Positions 1-8,705 of a DNA stretch of 32,000 nucleotides are shown piece by piece. Positions within the stretch are counted from its first letter, which is position 1. Each line of letters starts with the position of its first letter. This stretch comes from Candidatus Saccharimonadota bacterium. GTDB taxonomy: Bacteria; Patescibacteriota; Gracilibacteria; UBA4473. The stretch is taken from NCBI GenBank assembly GCA_963677105.1, contig OY781871.1:1-32000 (forward strand). The letters run 5' to 3'. Under the pieces are notes generated by a model. The model had not been told where the DNA came from. It saw nothing but the letters and a program-made list of their open reading frames with translations, and did not search any database. Made by a program: the position numbers and the translations under genes.

Positions 1-15
1 TTTATTTTCCCACAA

Positions 16-678
16 ATGGCAGATTTAAAACCATTATTCGAAGCACAACTCCACATCGGAGGAAGAACATCTGGATGGAATCCAAAAATGAAAAATTTCT
101 TGCATGGTCAAAAAAATGGTGTGCACGTTTTTGATCTTGAGCAAACAGCAGAATGTTTAGAAAAAGCTCAGAAATTTTTAGCCGCTCAGAAATTACAAAA
201 CAAAAAAGTTCTTTTTGTTGGTACAAAACCTCAAACAGCAATTTTACTTCAAGAATTAGTCGCAAATACAAATCACTATTATGTCGATCAGAAATGGATG
301 CCTGGATTGCTTACAAACTTTAAAGAAATCCGAAAACGAATTGACCACTACTTAAATTTGAAATCACAGTTTGAAACAGGTGAAATCAATAAATATACAA
401 AGAAAGAAGTTTCTCAGTATAAAAAAGAACTTGATAAATTAGCATTGCTATATCACGGAGTAGGAGACATGCGTCAAAAACCAAGTGTTGTAGTAGCACT
501 AGATGCAGTAGTAAATCGTCTTACTATTGAAGAAGCAAAAGTTGCAGGAGTTGCCGTTGTTGCTGTTGTTGATAGTAACGCAAATCCTGATCGAATTGAC
601 TTTCCAATTCCAGCAAACGATGATTCAATCCATTCTGTTCGCTTTTTACTTGAAAAATTAGTAAAATCATTGGCGTAG
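16..678 (+). CDS. rpsB: 30S ribosomal protein S2
   Basis: 220-aa ORF. N-terminus MADLKPLFEAQLHIGGRTSGWNPKM and the blocks VLFVGTKPQ and VVALDAVVNRLTIEEA are typical of uS2. Lies upstream of tsf as in the conserved rpsB-tsf pair. Confidence 0.95.
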   Translation: MADLKPLFEAQLHIGGRTSGWNPKMKNFLHGQKNGVHVFDLEQTAECLEKAQKFLAAQKLQNKKVLFVGTKPQTAILLQELVANTNHYYVDQKWMPGLLTNFKEIRKRIDHYLNLKSQFETGEINKYTKKEVSQYKKELDKLALLYHGVGDMRQKPSVVVALDAVVNRLTIEEAKVAGVAVVAVVDSNANPDRIDFPIPANDDSIHSVRFLLEKLVKSLA

Positions 679-698
679 ATTTGTAAATAAACATTCAC

Positions 699-1121
699 AT
701 GCCAGAAACAGCACCAACTCCAGCTGCACCTGCAGCAGTAACAGAATCAGCAGACGCAACTATTTCTGCACCAGCTGAAAGTTCAGCGGTAGATATGACT
801 ATTCCAGGAGATGAAAAAATTCTCGCAATACTTGGATATATTGGCTTTCTGTGTGTACTTCCAATTGCGTTGAAACCAAAATCTGAAATATGTCAGCATC
901 ATGGAAAACAAGCGCTCGCAGTTACACTTATGTTTTTTCTTGCAGCAGCTGTTACCTTTAATTTAACGACATTGTTTCAGTCAAAAGTATTAATGTATTT
1001 AACACTTGTAATAAAAGTGGCGTGGGTTGCTGTTGCAATTCTTGGTATTTTAGGCGCATCAGCAGGAAAGAAAAATAAACTTCCGTTTTTTAGCTCAATT
1101 GCAAAAAAGTTTAATTGGTAG
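699..1121 (+). CDS. small integral membrane protein, DUF4870-like (Ala/Pro-rich N-terminal tail plus about 3 TM helices)
   Basis: 140-aa ORF with hydrophobic segments ILAILGYIGFLCVLPIAL, ALAVTLMFFLAAAVTF and VAWVAVAILGILGA. The KSEICQHHGKQAL motif after TM1 resembles DUF4870; this family call is from memory only. Confidence 0.6.
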   Translation: MPETAPTPAAPAAVTESADATISAPAESSAVDMTIPGDEKILAILGYIGFLCVLPIALKPKSEICQHHGKQALAVTLMFFLAAAVTFNLTTLFQSKVLMYLTLVIKVAWVAVAILGILGASAGKKNKLPFFSSIAKKFNW

Positions 1122-1149
1122 AGAGAAATTGAAAAATTTGATTTTTAGG

Positions 1150-1179
1150 TCGGAGTGAGTAATATCGCTCCGATTTTTT
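1150..1179 (+). terminator. rho-independent terminator or attenuator between the membrane-protein ORF and tsf
   Basis: TCGGAGTGA (1150-1158) pairs with TCGCTCCGA (1165-1173): 9 bp with one mismatch and loop GTAATA. It is followed by TTTTTT (1174-1179), 13 nt before the tsf ATG. Confidence 0.75.
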
Positions 1180-1192
1180 AATTCTAAGAAAA

Positions 1193-1951
1193 ATGGCTAT
1201 TTCAGCAGCGGATGTGAAGATTTTACGCCAGCGAACCAGTGTCGGAATGTTGGCTTGTAAAAATGCTTTAGAAGAAGCAAATGGAGATATGGAGGCAGCA
1301 ATTGAGTTGCTTCGAAAACGAGGAGAAGCAAAAGCTGCTTCAAAAGCGGAAAGAGCAACAGCAGAAGGAGCGATTGCTATGTCAGAAAGAGCAATGGTTA
1401 AAGTTCTTTGTGAAACAGATTTTGTTGCACGAAATGAAGATTTTATCGCATTTGTAGAAGAGATTGCAGCAAAAGCGAATGCAGAAGGAGAAGAAGCTGC
1501 GAAAGCTTATTTTGAATCAGTGAAAACAGATAAAATGCAAGAGATTGGAGAAAATCTAGTGCTTGAACAAGTAGAAGTTATTACAGAAGGAACAGTTGTT
1601 TCTGGATATGTTCATTCAAATCGAAAAGTAGCAGCAATGATTGCACTTGATGGTTCAGATGAAGAGCATGCACGAGATGCAGCCATGCACGCAACTGCAA
1701 TGGCACCAATTGTGGCAACGCCAGAAGAAGTTCCAGCAGAACTTATTGAAAAAGAAAAAGAGATTGCACGAGAAGAACTTCTTGCTGCAGGAAAACCAGA
1801 AAATATTATCGATAATATTATTGCTGGAAAAATTAAAAAGTTCTGTGCAGAACGTGCATTAACAAGTCAAGCATTTGTAAAAAACCCAGAACAAACAGTT
1901 GGGGAATATTTAGGCGCAAATGTTGTTGCTTATGTTCGAGTTGCTGTTTAG
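1193..1951 (+). CDS. tsf: translation elongation factor Ts
   Basis: 252-aa ORF. The N-terminal UBA-like block ISAADVKILRQRTSVGMLACKNALEEANGDMEAAIELLRKRG is diagnostic of EF-Ts. Confidence 0.95.
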   Translation: MAISAADVKILRQRTSVGMLACKNALEEANGDMEAAIELLRKRGEAKAASKAERATAEGAIAMSERAMVKVLCETDFVARNEDFIAFVEEIAAKANAEGEEAAKAYFESVKTDKMQEIGENLVLEQVEVITEGTVVSGYVHSNRKVAAMIALDGSDEEHARDAAMHATAMAPIVATPEEVPAELIEKEKEIAREELLAAGKPENIIDNIIAGKIKKFCAERALTSQAFVKNPEQTVGEYLGANVVAYVRVAV

Positions 1952-1970
1952 GTTAATATATTTCAAAACC

Positions 1971-2657
1971 TTAGAGAGGACAGGTCGCTTCGGCGGGCTG
2001 TTCTTCTCTATCATCTCGAGAGAGAATATTAACTACTTCACTTGAAACAGACTTCATCTTTTCCTCTATAGCAAGTGGTAAGAAAAATTTATCAGGATTT
2101 TCTTTCATTTTCTTTTCAATGGCCTCAATTAAAAATTCAGGTGCAATTTTCAATGCTTTTTGTCGAAATTCCTCTGATACTATTGGATCTGTTTCGCACA
2201 ATGATTGATAGACTAAGCGTTTCAATCTTCCAGAAGTATTATTTGAATCACAGTCACTCTTAATCCATTTTATTTTTGCTGGTAAACCAGGTGCATTATA
2301 TGTTTGAGCTGCTTTTTGAATGTATTCAGAATTACTATCTAAACCTTCCTCTTCTCGACGAACAATAATTTTAGATTCTCTGAAACACTTTCCAACTTTT
2401 TCCTGAGTTTCCAAGCAAATAATGTCAACTGATGTGATTCCCATCTCTTTAGCAAGTTGTTTTGCGAGTTCCGTACTCTCTTCTACGGTAAAGAGTCGAT
2501 CTGTTTTTAAAACATTTAGGACTACGGCGAGCGTTACGGTTTCACCTAATTCCTGTATTGCATTTAATAATGTCTGAAAATGATGTTCCATGGTGGGATC
2601 ACCACTAATACAATACGTTATTTTTGGCATTTCTGGCCCTTTTTCATTAATTGACAT
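1971..2657 (-). CDS. hypothetical protein (no family recognised)
   Basis: 228-aa ORF starting 10 nt after the idi stop, so it is the last gene of the mutL-idi-orf228 unit. Ordinary amino-acid composition, no TM segment or signal peptide. Confidence 0.7.
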   Translation of the reverse strand: MSINEKGPEMPKITYCISGDPTMEHHFQTLLNAIQELGETVTLAVVLNVLKTDRLFTVEESTELAKQLAKEMGITSVDIICLETQEKVGKCFRESKIIVRREEEGLDSNSEYIQKAAQTYNAPGLPAKIKWIKSDCDSNNTSGRLKRLVYQSLCETDPIVSEEFRQKALKIAPEFLIEAIEKKMKENPDKFFLPLAIEEKMKSVSSEVVNILSRDDREEQPAEATCPL

Positions 2658-2667
2658 TGCTCTTGAA

Positions 2668-3207
2668 TTATATTCGAGCGCATTGTGTCAAAAAGCTAGG
2701 AATAGTCAACTGGCTTTCAATTTTTTTGTATAAAATTAAGAACCATGGAGCAAAAGATTGAGGCGTTTTTTCTATCTCTTTGGATAGATTTTCCACAGAA
2801 ATCCATTGATATTCACTGACTTCTTCTAGATTTAATTGTGGTGTCCCGTTCCATATTCCAAAAAATACGTGATCAATTTCATTTTCAATTAAATTATTTT
2901 CAAATTCCGCGCGATATTGAAAAACAAATTTTTCTTCTAATTTGCAATCAAATCCCATTTCCTCTGTTAATCGACGATGAGCGGCATCAAGCGTTTCTTC
3001 ATTTGGAAAAGGATGACTACAGCACGTATTTGCCCAGAGTCCGCCACAATGATATTTATCGAATGCTCGACGCTGAATCAAGAGTTCTCCTTTTTCGTTA
3101 AACACAAGAACAGAAAACGCTCGGTGCAACAATCCCTTTTGATGTACGTCCATTTTTTCTCCTACACCAATTTGCTTGTCGTTGTCATCTACGAGGATAA
3201 TACTCAT
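2668..3207 (-). CDS. idi: isopentenyl-diphosphate delta-isomerase, type 1 (Nudix fold)
   Basis: 179 aa. The blocks LLHRAFSVLVFNEKGELLIQRRA, KYHCGGLWANTCCSHP and AAHRRLTEEMG match the type-1 IDI active-site Cys and Nudix-like regions. Confidence 0.85.
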   Translation of the reverse strand: MSIILVDDNDKQIGVGEKMDVHQKGLLHRAFSVLVFNEKGELLIQRRAFDKYHCGGLWANTCCSHPFPNEETLDAAHRRLTEEMGFDCKLEEKFVFQYRAEFENNLIENEIDHVFFGIWNGTPQLNLEEVSEYQWISVENLSKEIEKTPQSFAPWFLILYKKIESQLTIPSFLTQCARI

Positions 3208-4970
3208 CGATGAAATTCTTTATCTAAGTTTTCAAATGACCAAAAAACATGATTTGGTCGACCGTGTGGACAGAGGTTTCTCCATTGAGTTGTTTCAAAA
3301 TCATCGAGAAGTTTTTGCATTTCTTCTGGTTGCATTTTGTCACCAAACATAACGGAACCGCGACACGCTTTATATTCAAGTATTTTTCGTAACAATTTAT
3401 CCGATATATTTTCACCAACTTGTTCATTTTTGATCCATTCCGCAAGATCAGATAAAAGCGAATCGATATCTTTTTCGGTGAATAAAGAGGGGAGAGAAAG
3501 AATGTTTAATTGCTCATCTAACTCAAATCCGACTTTATTGAGCGTAGTTCGTTCTTTTAATAATAATTCTTTTTGTTCATCATCTAATGCTGGTGCATGA
3601 GGAACAAGGAGTTTTTGTTTTTCTTGAGTGAGTTTTTCTCGATTGTTCCAAAACATTTCAAATCGTTGTCGTTCATGCAGTGCATGTTGATCAAAAATCC
3701 AAAGTCCATTTCTTGCTTCTGCTAAAATATATTTTTGTGCCACTTGACCTACTAATTTCAGTTTACCAATTGGTTCTTCTTGGGCAGAATGTTTTATGTT
3801 TTCAGTTCGTTCTCGATGAAGATCTTGAAAACTTTTTGGCTGAGAAAAAAGTTTTTGAGAAAAATTCGTTGAAGTATTTCGTTGTTCAGATGAAAAATGT
3901 TTTGCTCGAGGAAATGGTTGTTTCGAAATAGATGAATTGTCAGAAAATCTCGCAACAGATCCTTTTGCTCTTAGAGAAGATCGTTCACTTCTTTGTAATC
4001 CAGAAGAAACAGTATTTTTAATAGAATGCCAAATTTCTCCAGGTTCACTGAATTTCACTTCTGTCTTTCGCGGATGTACGTTTACATCGACAAGAATAGG
4101 ATCTATATCGATCCATATTGCGAATTTAGGAAAGAGATGTTTTTCGATTCCAGCTGTTTGGTGATACGCTTCACGAATAGCCCAAGTTAATTTATGATCA
4201 TCAATATGACGACCATTTACCCACAAAAGTTGTGATTTTTTACTTGTTCCACAACGACCAGGTTGAATAACCCAACCAAATATTTTTGTTCCAGAAAAAT
4301 TTCCTTCAACTTCTATGAGATTTACTTTTTCTTCGCCAAGAACATTAGTAACTCGATCAAGTTGAGTTCCAATAGGGAAATCCATTATACATTTTTCGTC
4401 ACGAAAAAGTTGAAATCCTACATGAGGATGTGTAAGCGCAAAAGATTCAACTTCACGACGAATAGCTGAAATTTCTGTTGTGTTGTTTTTCAAATGAGCA
4501 AGTCGTGCAGGAACGGGTTTAAATAAATTCTTTACCTGAAAAATACTTCCATTATTTGCAGGGGCAGATTCTACAGAAAGGAGTTTTCCTGCTGCCATTT
4601 TTACTCGTGTCCCTGACGTATTACTGTTTTGTTTTGTTACTATTTCAAAATCAGAAATAGCCGAAATAGCCGCAAGTGCTTCTCCTCGAAATCCAAAAGA
4701 CTGAATTGAGAAAACGTCACTTATTTTGTTTATTTTGCTTGTAGCATGTCGTAGTACACTTTTTTCAGCATCTTCTGGCGACATTCCGATTCCATTATCC
4801 CGAACTTCAATAAGTTTTTTTCCACCATCTTCAATAAATATGTCGATTTGAGTAGCTTCTGCATCAATTGCATTCTCTACAAGTTCTTTTACAACGCTTG
4901 CTGGTCGTTCTACAACTTCTCCAGCAGCGATTTGATCAGCTACTTCTGATGGTAAAATATGAATTTTCAT
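3204..4970 (-). CDS. mutL: DNA mismatch repair protein MutL (endonuclease-type)
   Basis: GHKL ATPase N-terminus MKIHILPSEVADQIAAGEVVERPASVVKELVENAIDA. C-terminal endonuclease motif DQHALHERQRFE and CPHGRP. Start set at ATG 4970; the track ORF extends to a TTG at 5006. The stop overlaps the idi ATG (ATGA). Confidence 0.9.
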   Translation of the reverse strand: MKIHILPSEVADQIAAGEVVERPASVVKELVENAIDAEATQIDIFIEDGGKKLIEVRDNGIGMSPEDAEKSVLRHATSKINKISDVFSIQSFGFRGEALAAISAISDFEIVTKQNSNTSGTRVKMAAGKLLSVESAPANNGSIFQVKNLFKPVPARLAHLKNNTTEISAIRREVESFALTHPHVGFQLFRDEKCIMDFPIGTQLDRVTNVLGEEKVNLIEVEGNFSGTKIFGWVIQPGRCGTSKKSQLLWVNGRHIDDHKLTWAIREAYHQTAGIEKHLFPKFAIWIDIDPILVDVNVHPRKTEVKFSEPGEIWHSIKNTVSSGLQRSERSSLRAKGSVARFSDNSSISKQPFPRAKHFSSEQRNTSTNFSQKLFSQPKSFQDLHRERTENIKHSAQEEPIGKLKLVGQVAQKYILAEARNGLWIFDQHALHERQRFEMFWNNREKLTQEKQKLLVPHAPALDDEQKELLLKERTTLNKVGFELDEQLNILSLPSLFTEKDIDSLLSDLAEWIKNEQVGENISDKLLRKILEYKACRGSVMFGDKMQPEEMQKLLDDFETTQWRNLCPHGRPNHVFWSFENLDKEFHR

Positions 4971-5021
4971 CCTTGGAATTCTGGCATTTTTTCGAGAAAC
5001 TGGCAATATCTCCTCAGAATG

Positions 5022-5705
5022 AAAACACTTTATGTCGTTGCCACACCAATAGGAAATCTTTCGGATATTACATTTCGAGCGATTGACGTTTTAAAATCGG
5101 TGGACCTAGTTCTTGCCGAAGATACTCGTCACACAAAAATTCTTTTCAATCATTACGACATAAAAACGTCTATTCAATCATGTCATGCACAAACTTCTCC
5201 AGAAAAAATAAAATCAATTTTCGCAGGATTTAAAGACGATGCAACCGTTGCAGTAGTTTCAGACGCAGGAACACCTGGAATTTCAGATCCTGGATTTCGT
5301 GCAGTGAGAGAAGCGATTTTACAAGGATTTACAATTTCTCCGATTCCAGGAGCAAGCGCAATGGCTTCACTAGTTTCTGTTGCCGGAGTTCCAGCTGATA
5401 CGTTTACATTTCATGGATTTTTGCCTCATAAAAAAGGACGTCAGACTTTATTGAAAGAATTTTCAATGGCAGAACGTGCACATATTTTTTATGAATCAGT
5501 TCATCGTTTCCCACGATTACTAGAAGAATTATCAGAATTCTGCGGAGAAGAAAAAATCATTGTTGTTGGACGTGAATTAACGAAGTTGCATGAAGAAATT
5601 TTTCGTGGAACGGTTGCAGAAGCAAAGAAGAATTTTACAACAGAGAATACAAAAGGGGAGTTTGTTGTTTTGATTACTGGAAAAAAGTTTTCATCAAAGA
5701 AATAA
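5022..5705 (+). CDS. rsmI: 16S rRNA (cytidine1402-2'-O)-methyltransferase RsmI
   Basis: MKTLYVVATPIGNLSDITFRAIDVLKSVDLVLAEDTRHT, VSDAGTPGISDPG and IFYESVHR are typical of RsmI (tetrapyrrole-methylase fold). Start taken at ATG 5022 rather than the upstream in-frame ATG at 4959. Confidence 0.9.
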   Translation, partial: KTLYVVATPIGNLSDITFRAIDVLKSVDLVLAEDTRHTKILFNHYDIKTSIQSCHAQTSPEKIKSIFAGFKDDATVAVVSDAGTPGISDPGFRAVREAILQGFTISPIPGASAMASLVSVAGVPADTFTFHGFLPHKKGRQTLLKEFSMAERAHIFYESVHRFPRLLEELSEFCGEEKIIVVGRELTKLHEEIFRGTVAEAKKNFTTENTKGEFVVLITGKKFSSKK

Positions 5706-5706
5706 A

Positions 5707-5741
5707 AAGAAAGCGAAGTCATTGGACTCCGCCTTCTTTCT
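5707..5741. terminator. imperfect hairpin between convergent rsmI and the SLH-protein gene
   Basis: CGAAGTC (5714-5720), loop ATTG, GACTCCG (5725-5731) with one mismatch. Flanking AAGAAAG and CTTTCT could extend the stem. No clean U-tract. Confidence 0.35.
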
Positions 5742-5762
5742 CCCACTCCTCTGTATGAATCA

Positions 5763-8168
5763 TTAGAGAGTTTCTATGTCATATCCACCGAAAGAGAAAA
5801 ACCCAACAGGTTTTACATTATTTTTTGTTTGAATCCATTCTGGTAAGAAAAGAACAAATCGTAAAGAATCTCCTTGTGCTATTTCACTTGCCATATCAGC
5901 TTTTACGAAAATAGTTTTTGGTCTATTTGTAATTCCTAAGCTTTTATTAAAATATATTTCCACCATATCTCCTTTAAGAGCTGTTTTGTTCGATAAAACA
6001 CTTCCTTCACTTGTTTCAATCCATACTTTGTCAAAGTTTTCAGATGCTCCGTTTCCTACAACCTTCAGTTTTATAGATTGTATTTCTGCAGAATTACTTG
6101 CTGCAAGTTCTAGTTTGTGAACAATCACATTTTTTTGATTTTCTCTCACTCGAATTGATCCGTGTTGAAAGTTACTTGGAGTAGAAACTTTTAGGACATT
6201 AGAGAGATCGCTTCCAGTATTCTCTTCTGTATAAGTAAGATATTTATATATAGCGACAGCAACTTCATTACGAGTTAATAGCTGTGCTGGTTTTAAATAT
6301 CGAGAATCACGATGAGGAAATAAGTTGTACTTGTGTGCTACACCAGCGTATTTTCCAAACCAATCAGAATCAAATGCATCATCGTAGTGATAGATCATTC
6401 CTTTTTGAAGACTAAACGTCTCAGTTAACATCTTCAAAAATTCAGCCGTATTTACCGTTGTAGCTGGTTTAAATAATCCATTTGGATAACCATCTACAAC
6501 TCCTCGTTCAGCAGCTTTTATAACGTATTTCACATACCATTCTCCCTCTTTTACATCTGGAAATCGTCCATTGTTCTGTAAACTCCCAACAGTTACACCA
6601 TCTGCAAGTAATAGGAATTTTGATAATTCTGCACGATTTACATCACGATCACCTTTGAATTCTCCATCAGGGAATCCACCAATAATTGATTTTGATCGGA
6701 GATAAGCAGAGGCTTTCCCTTCAATAGAATTTTTATCAGTATCTGGGAAGTAATATTGTGAAGGAACTACAATTTCTTCGTCTACTGGCACGGTTATCAC
6801 TTCGTCTTCATAGTTTGAATTACTTTCATCTAATTTAAAATCCATACATATGTTTTGGCTTGAACGACTTTGCTTTTGATCTTTTAATGCTCTTACGTAA
6901 TAACAATGTTTCACATAATCCTTTTTTAGTAAATTCTTATTAAGGTTTAGTAAATCATATTGTATATCTTTTAATTCTAATTGATTTTCTTTCGTTGTTG
7001 CAATATAAGAGTACGCTCTATTGTTTACTGATCTATAAACTTGAAATTTGTCTGCACCAGAACTTCCCCATTGTAAAATCCATTTATTGGAACCATTTTT
7101 TCGAATTTTTACATTAAATGGAGCTTTTACAGTTTCTTCTTCGTCTTCATCAAAATCAATACACACTTTTTCACTTGGTTCGCTTTCTTTCCCATTTTTT
7201 AGTCCTGTTGTATAAAAACAAACTTTAGAGACTGGTGTTGAGAAATGATTCCAAAAGAGCATTTTTTTGCTTTCAGTAGATGTCATTGCTCGTTCCCAAG
7301 AAGACGGTTGGTTATTCATATTAAAGTGTTGTGCATACACATTAAATCGTTCTGCATTGTGATTATTCCAGGTCAAATAAAAATTCTGTTTATTATGATT
7401 TGTTTCAGCAGGCATATCTTCTGTGCGTGTAATTTTTAAATTAAAAGGAGGTTTTATAATGGGATTATTTTGTTCTGGTAGACAAGCACCATCTTTACAT
7501 CCATTTGGACATGTGAAAGTATGATCTCCTGCATATTCGCCATTATTACAAACATATTCCTGTAAACGCTTTCCGTCATTCCAACAACTGTCAAATTTTG
7601 TTTTCTTTTCTCCATTATCAGAGATAGTTACCGCTCCTTTTTTATAATAATTTTTACCTCCATCTGTGTCTGTACAAGTTAAATTTCCTGGTTCTGGTTC
7701 TATTACGTTATCTTCAAAATCAATACACACTTTTTCACTTGGTTCACTTTCTTCTCCATTTTTTAGACCGATTGCATAAAAACAAACTCTAGATGTAGGC
7801 TCTATGAAATGATTTCGAAAAAACAATTTCTTCTCTTTGGTAGCATCGGTTACTTTTTCCCAATCAGAAATACTTTCATTTTTATATGAACTTTGTTGGT
7901 ACACTCGAAATTGATCTGCATTATTGTTTTGCCAAGTTAAGTAGAAATCATATGTAGGATTATTTGGAGTTTTTGTGATTTTTAAATTAAAAGGAGGTTT
8001 AATTTCCTGGGACAGTACCTTCGTTCCTAAATCTAGAGACACAACTTTACTCGATAAAAGTGATAAATTGTCTATTGCTTCTACCGTTGGGAATAAAAGA
8101 AAAGAAAAAGTTAGCGCCATTCCCAGAGCAGCTAATCTTTTACCGAAACGCCAGTGAGAAAACTTCAT
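5763..8168 (-). CDS. large secreted surface protein: signal peptide, 3 Fn3-like modules, Cys-rich module, 3 SLH domains, C-terminal beta-rich domain
   Basis: Start set at ATG 8168 (MKFSHWRFGKRLAALGMALTFSFLLFPTVEA, a signal peptide). Three SLH-like repeats: FPD..IGGFPDGEFKGDRDVNRAELSKFL, FPDV..VVDGYPNGLFKPATTVNTAEFLKML and LFPH..YLKPAQLLTRNEVAVAIYKYL. Three repeats begin (I/V)K(P/A)PFN(L/V)KI. The extension in the track to 8309 has no signal peptide. Confidence 0.9.
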   Translation of the reverse strand: MKFSHWRFGKRLAALGMALTFSFLLFPTVEAIDNLSLLSSKVVSLDLGTKVLSQEIKPPFNLKITKTPNNPTYDFYLTWQNNNADQFRVYQQSSYKNESISDWEKVTDATKEKKLFFRNHFIEPTSRVCFYAIGLKNGEESEPSEKVCIDFEDNVIEPEPGNLTCTDTDGGKNYYKKGAVTISDNGEKKTKFDSCWNDGKRLQEYVCNNGEYAGDHTFTCPNGCKDGACLPEQNNPIIKPPFNLKITRTEDMPAETNHNKQNFYLTWNNHNAERFNVYAQHFNMNNQPSSWERAMTSTESKKMLFWNHFSTPVSKVCFYTTGLKNGKESEPSEKVCIDFDEDEEETVKAPFNVKIRKNGSNKWILQWGSSGADKFQVYRSVNNRAYSYIATTKENQLELKDIQYDLLNLNKNLLKKDYVKHCYYVRALKDQKQSRSSQNICMDFKLDESNSNYEDEVITVPVDEEIVVPSQYYFPDTDKNSIEGKASAYLRSKSIIGGFPDGEFKGDRDVNRAELSKFLLLADGVTVGSLQNNGRFPDVKEGEWYVKYVIKAAERGVVDGYPNGLFKPATTVNTAEFLKMLTETFSLQKGMIYHYDDAFDSDWFGKYAGVAHKYNLFPHRDSRYLKPAQLLTRNEVAVAIYKYLTYTEENTGSDLSNVLKVSTPSNFQHGSIRVRENQKNVIVHKLELAASNSAEIQSIKLKVVGNGASENFDKVWIETSEGSVLSNKTALKGDMVEIYFNKSLGITNRPKTIFVKADMASEIAQGDSLRFVLFLPEWIQTKNNVKPVGFFSFGGYDIETL
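6837..8003 (-). repeat. three tandem ~97-104-aa Fn3-like coding repeats, with a Cys-rich insert between repeats 1 and 2
   Basis: Repeat 1 is about 7713-8003, repeat 2 about 7146-7457, repeat 3 about 6837-7127. A 31-nt exact DNA repeat, caaaatcaatacacactttttcacttggttc, occurs at 7151-7181 and 7715-7745. Confidence 0.85.
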
Positions 8169-8210
8169 TATAGAGGGTATTAATAAATAAAATTCGTTTT
8201 TCATTATGAG

Positions 8211-8237
8211 TAACGCGTGAGCTTTGTTTTTGTGACA
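8211..8237 (-). promoter_or_regulatory. ECF-type promoter (TGTCAC-N16-CGTTA) upstream of the SLH protein gene
   Basis: The minus strand reads TGTCACAAAAACAAAGCTCACGCGTTA. It has the same hexamer, spacing and -10 as the site upstream of the adjacent ECF sigma gene. It lies 42 nt upstream of ATG 8168 and just downstream of a terminator. Confidence 0.6.
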
Positions 8238-8260
8238 CAAAAAAAGATGATTTTTATACA

Positions 8261-8294
8261 TAAAAAAAAACGTCAAGAAATGACTTCTTAACGT
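8261..8294 (-). terminator. rho-independent terminator after the sigma / anti-sigma / 126-aa operon
   Basis: The minus strand reads ACGTTAAGAA-GTCAT-TTCTTGACGT (10-bp stem with one mismatch), followed by a run of 9 T. Confidence 0.8.
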
Positions 8295-8321
8295 TTTTAT
8301 AAATAACAATTTAAAGAGAAA

Positions 8322-8702
8322 TTACAGCTTTTTAAGTGAATCTAATTTTCGTTCAGCAGCTTGAATTGTTTGCTCAAGACTTTGAACATCTTTTCCGGAT
8401 TTCTCAAGAGTGCGTACTTTATTTTTCAAATCTGTAATTTTGTTTTCAAGAGTTTGTGTGTAACCATTTTTCATTTCTTCAATACATTCCTTTATAGAAG
8501 CTGATGATTGAGGATCAGCATTATTAATTTGATCATCAATAGCTTTTACACATCGTTTTTTACTTGAAGAACAGAGTGTTTGACTATTTTGTACTTTTGA
8601 TCGTAGTTCTGAAAGATTTTCTTCTTGAGCAGAAGCAAATGTTTCAGGAGATAAAAGGAGTAAAAATGCAAATCCGATACCGAGGAAGAATAATTTTTTC
8701 AT
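8322..8702 (-). CDS. small secreted coiled-coil protein
   Basis: 126 aa. Signal peptide MKKLFFLGIGFAFLLLLSPETFASA, then a helical Lys/Glu/Gln-rich sequence with 3 Cys. Starts 3 nt after the upstream gene stop. Confidence 0.75.
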   Translation of the reverse strand: MKKLFFLGIGFAFLLLLSPETFASAQEENLSELRSKVQNSQTLCSSSKKRCVKAIDDQINNADPQSSASIKECIEEMKNGYTQTLENKITDLKNKVRTLEKSGKDVQSLEQTIQAAERKLDSLKKL

Positions 8703-8705
8703 TGT

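Noticed and set aside
8169-8309. N-terminal extensions offered by the ORF track: 8169-8309 on the SLH protein, 4971-5006 on mutL, 4959-5021 on rsmI, 12755-12859 on the Nudix gene, 29694-29747 on ntpD and 10853-10876 on FemAB.
   Set aside because: Several use TTG starts. The extensions would bury a signal peptide, overlap neighbouring genes or promoters, or add residues before highly conserved family N-termini. Internal ATGs give canonical N-termini.
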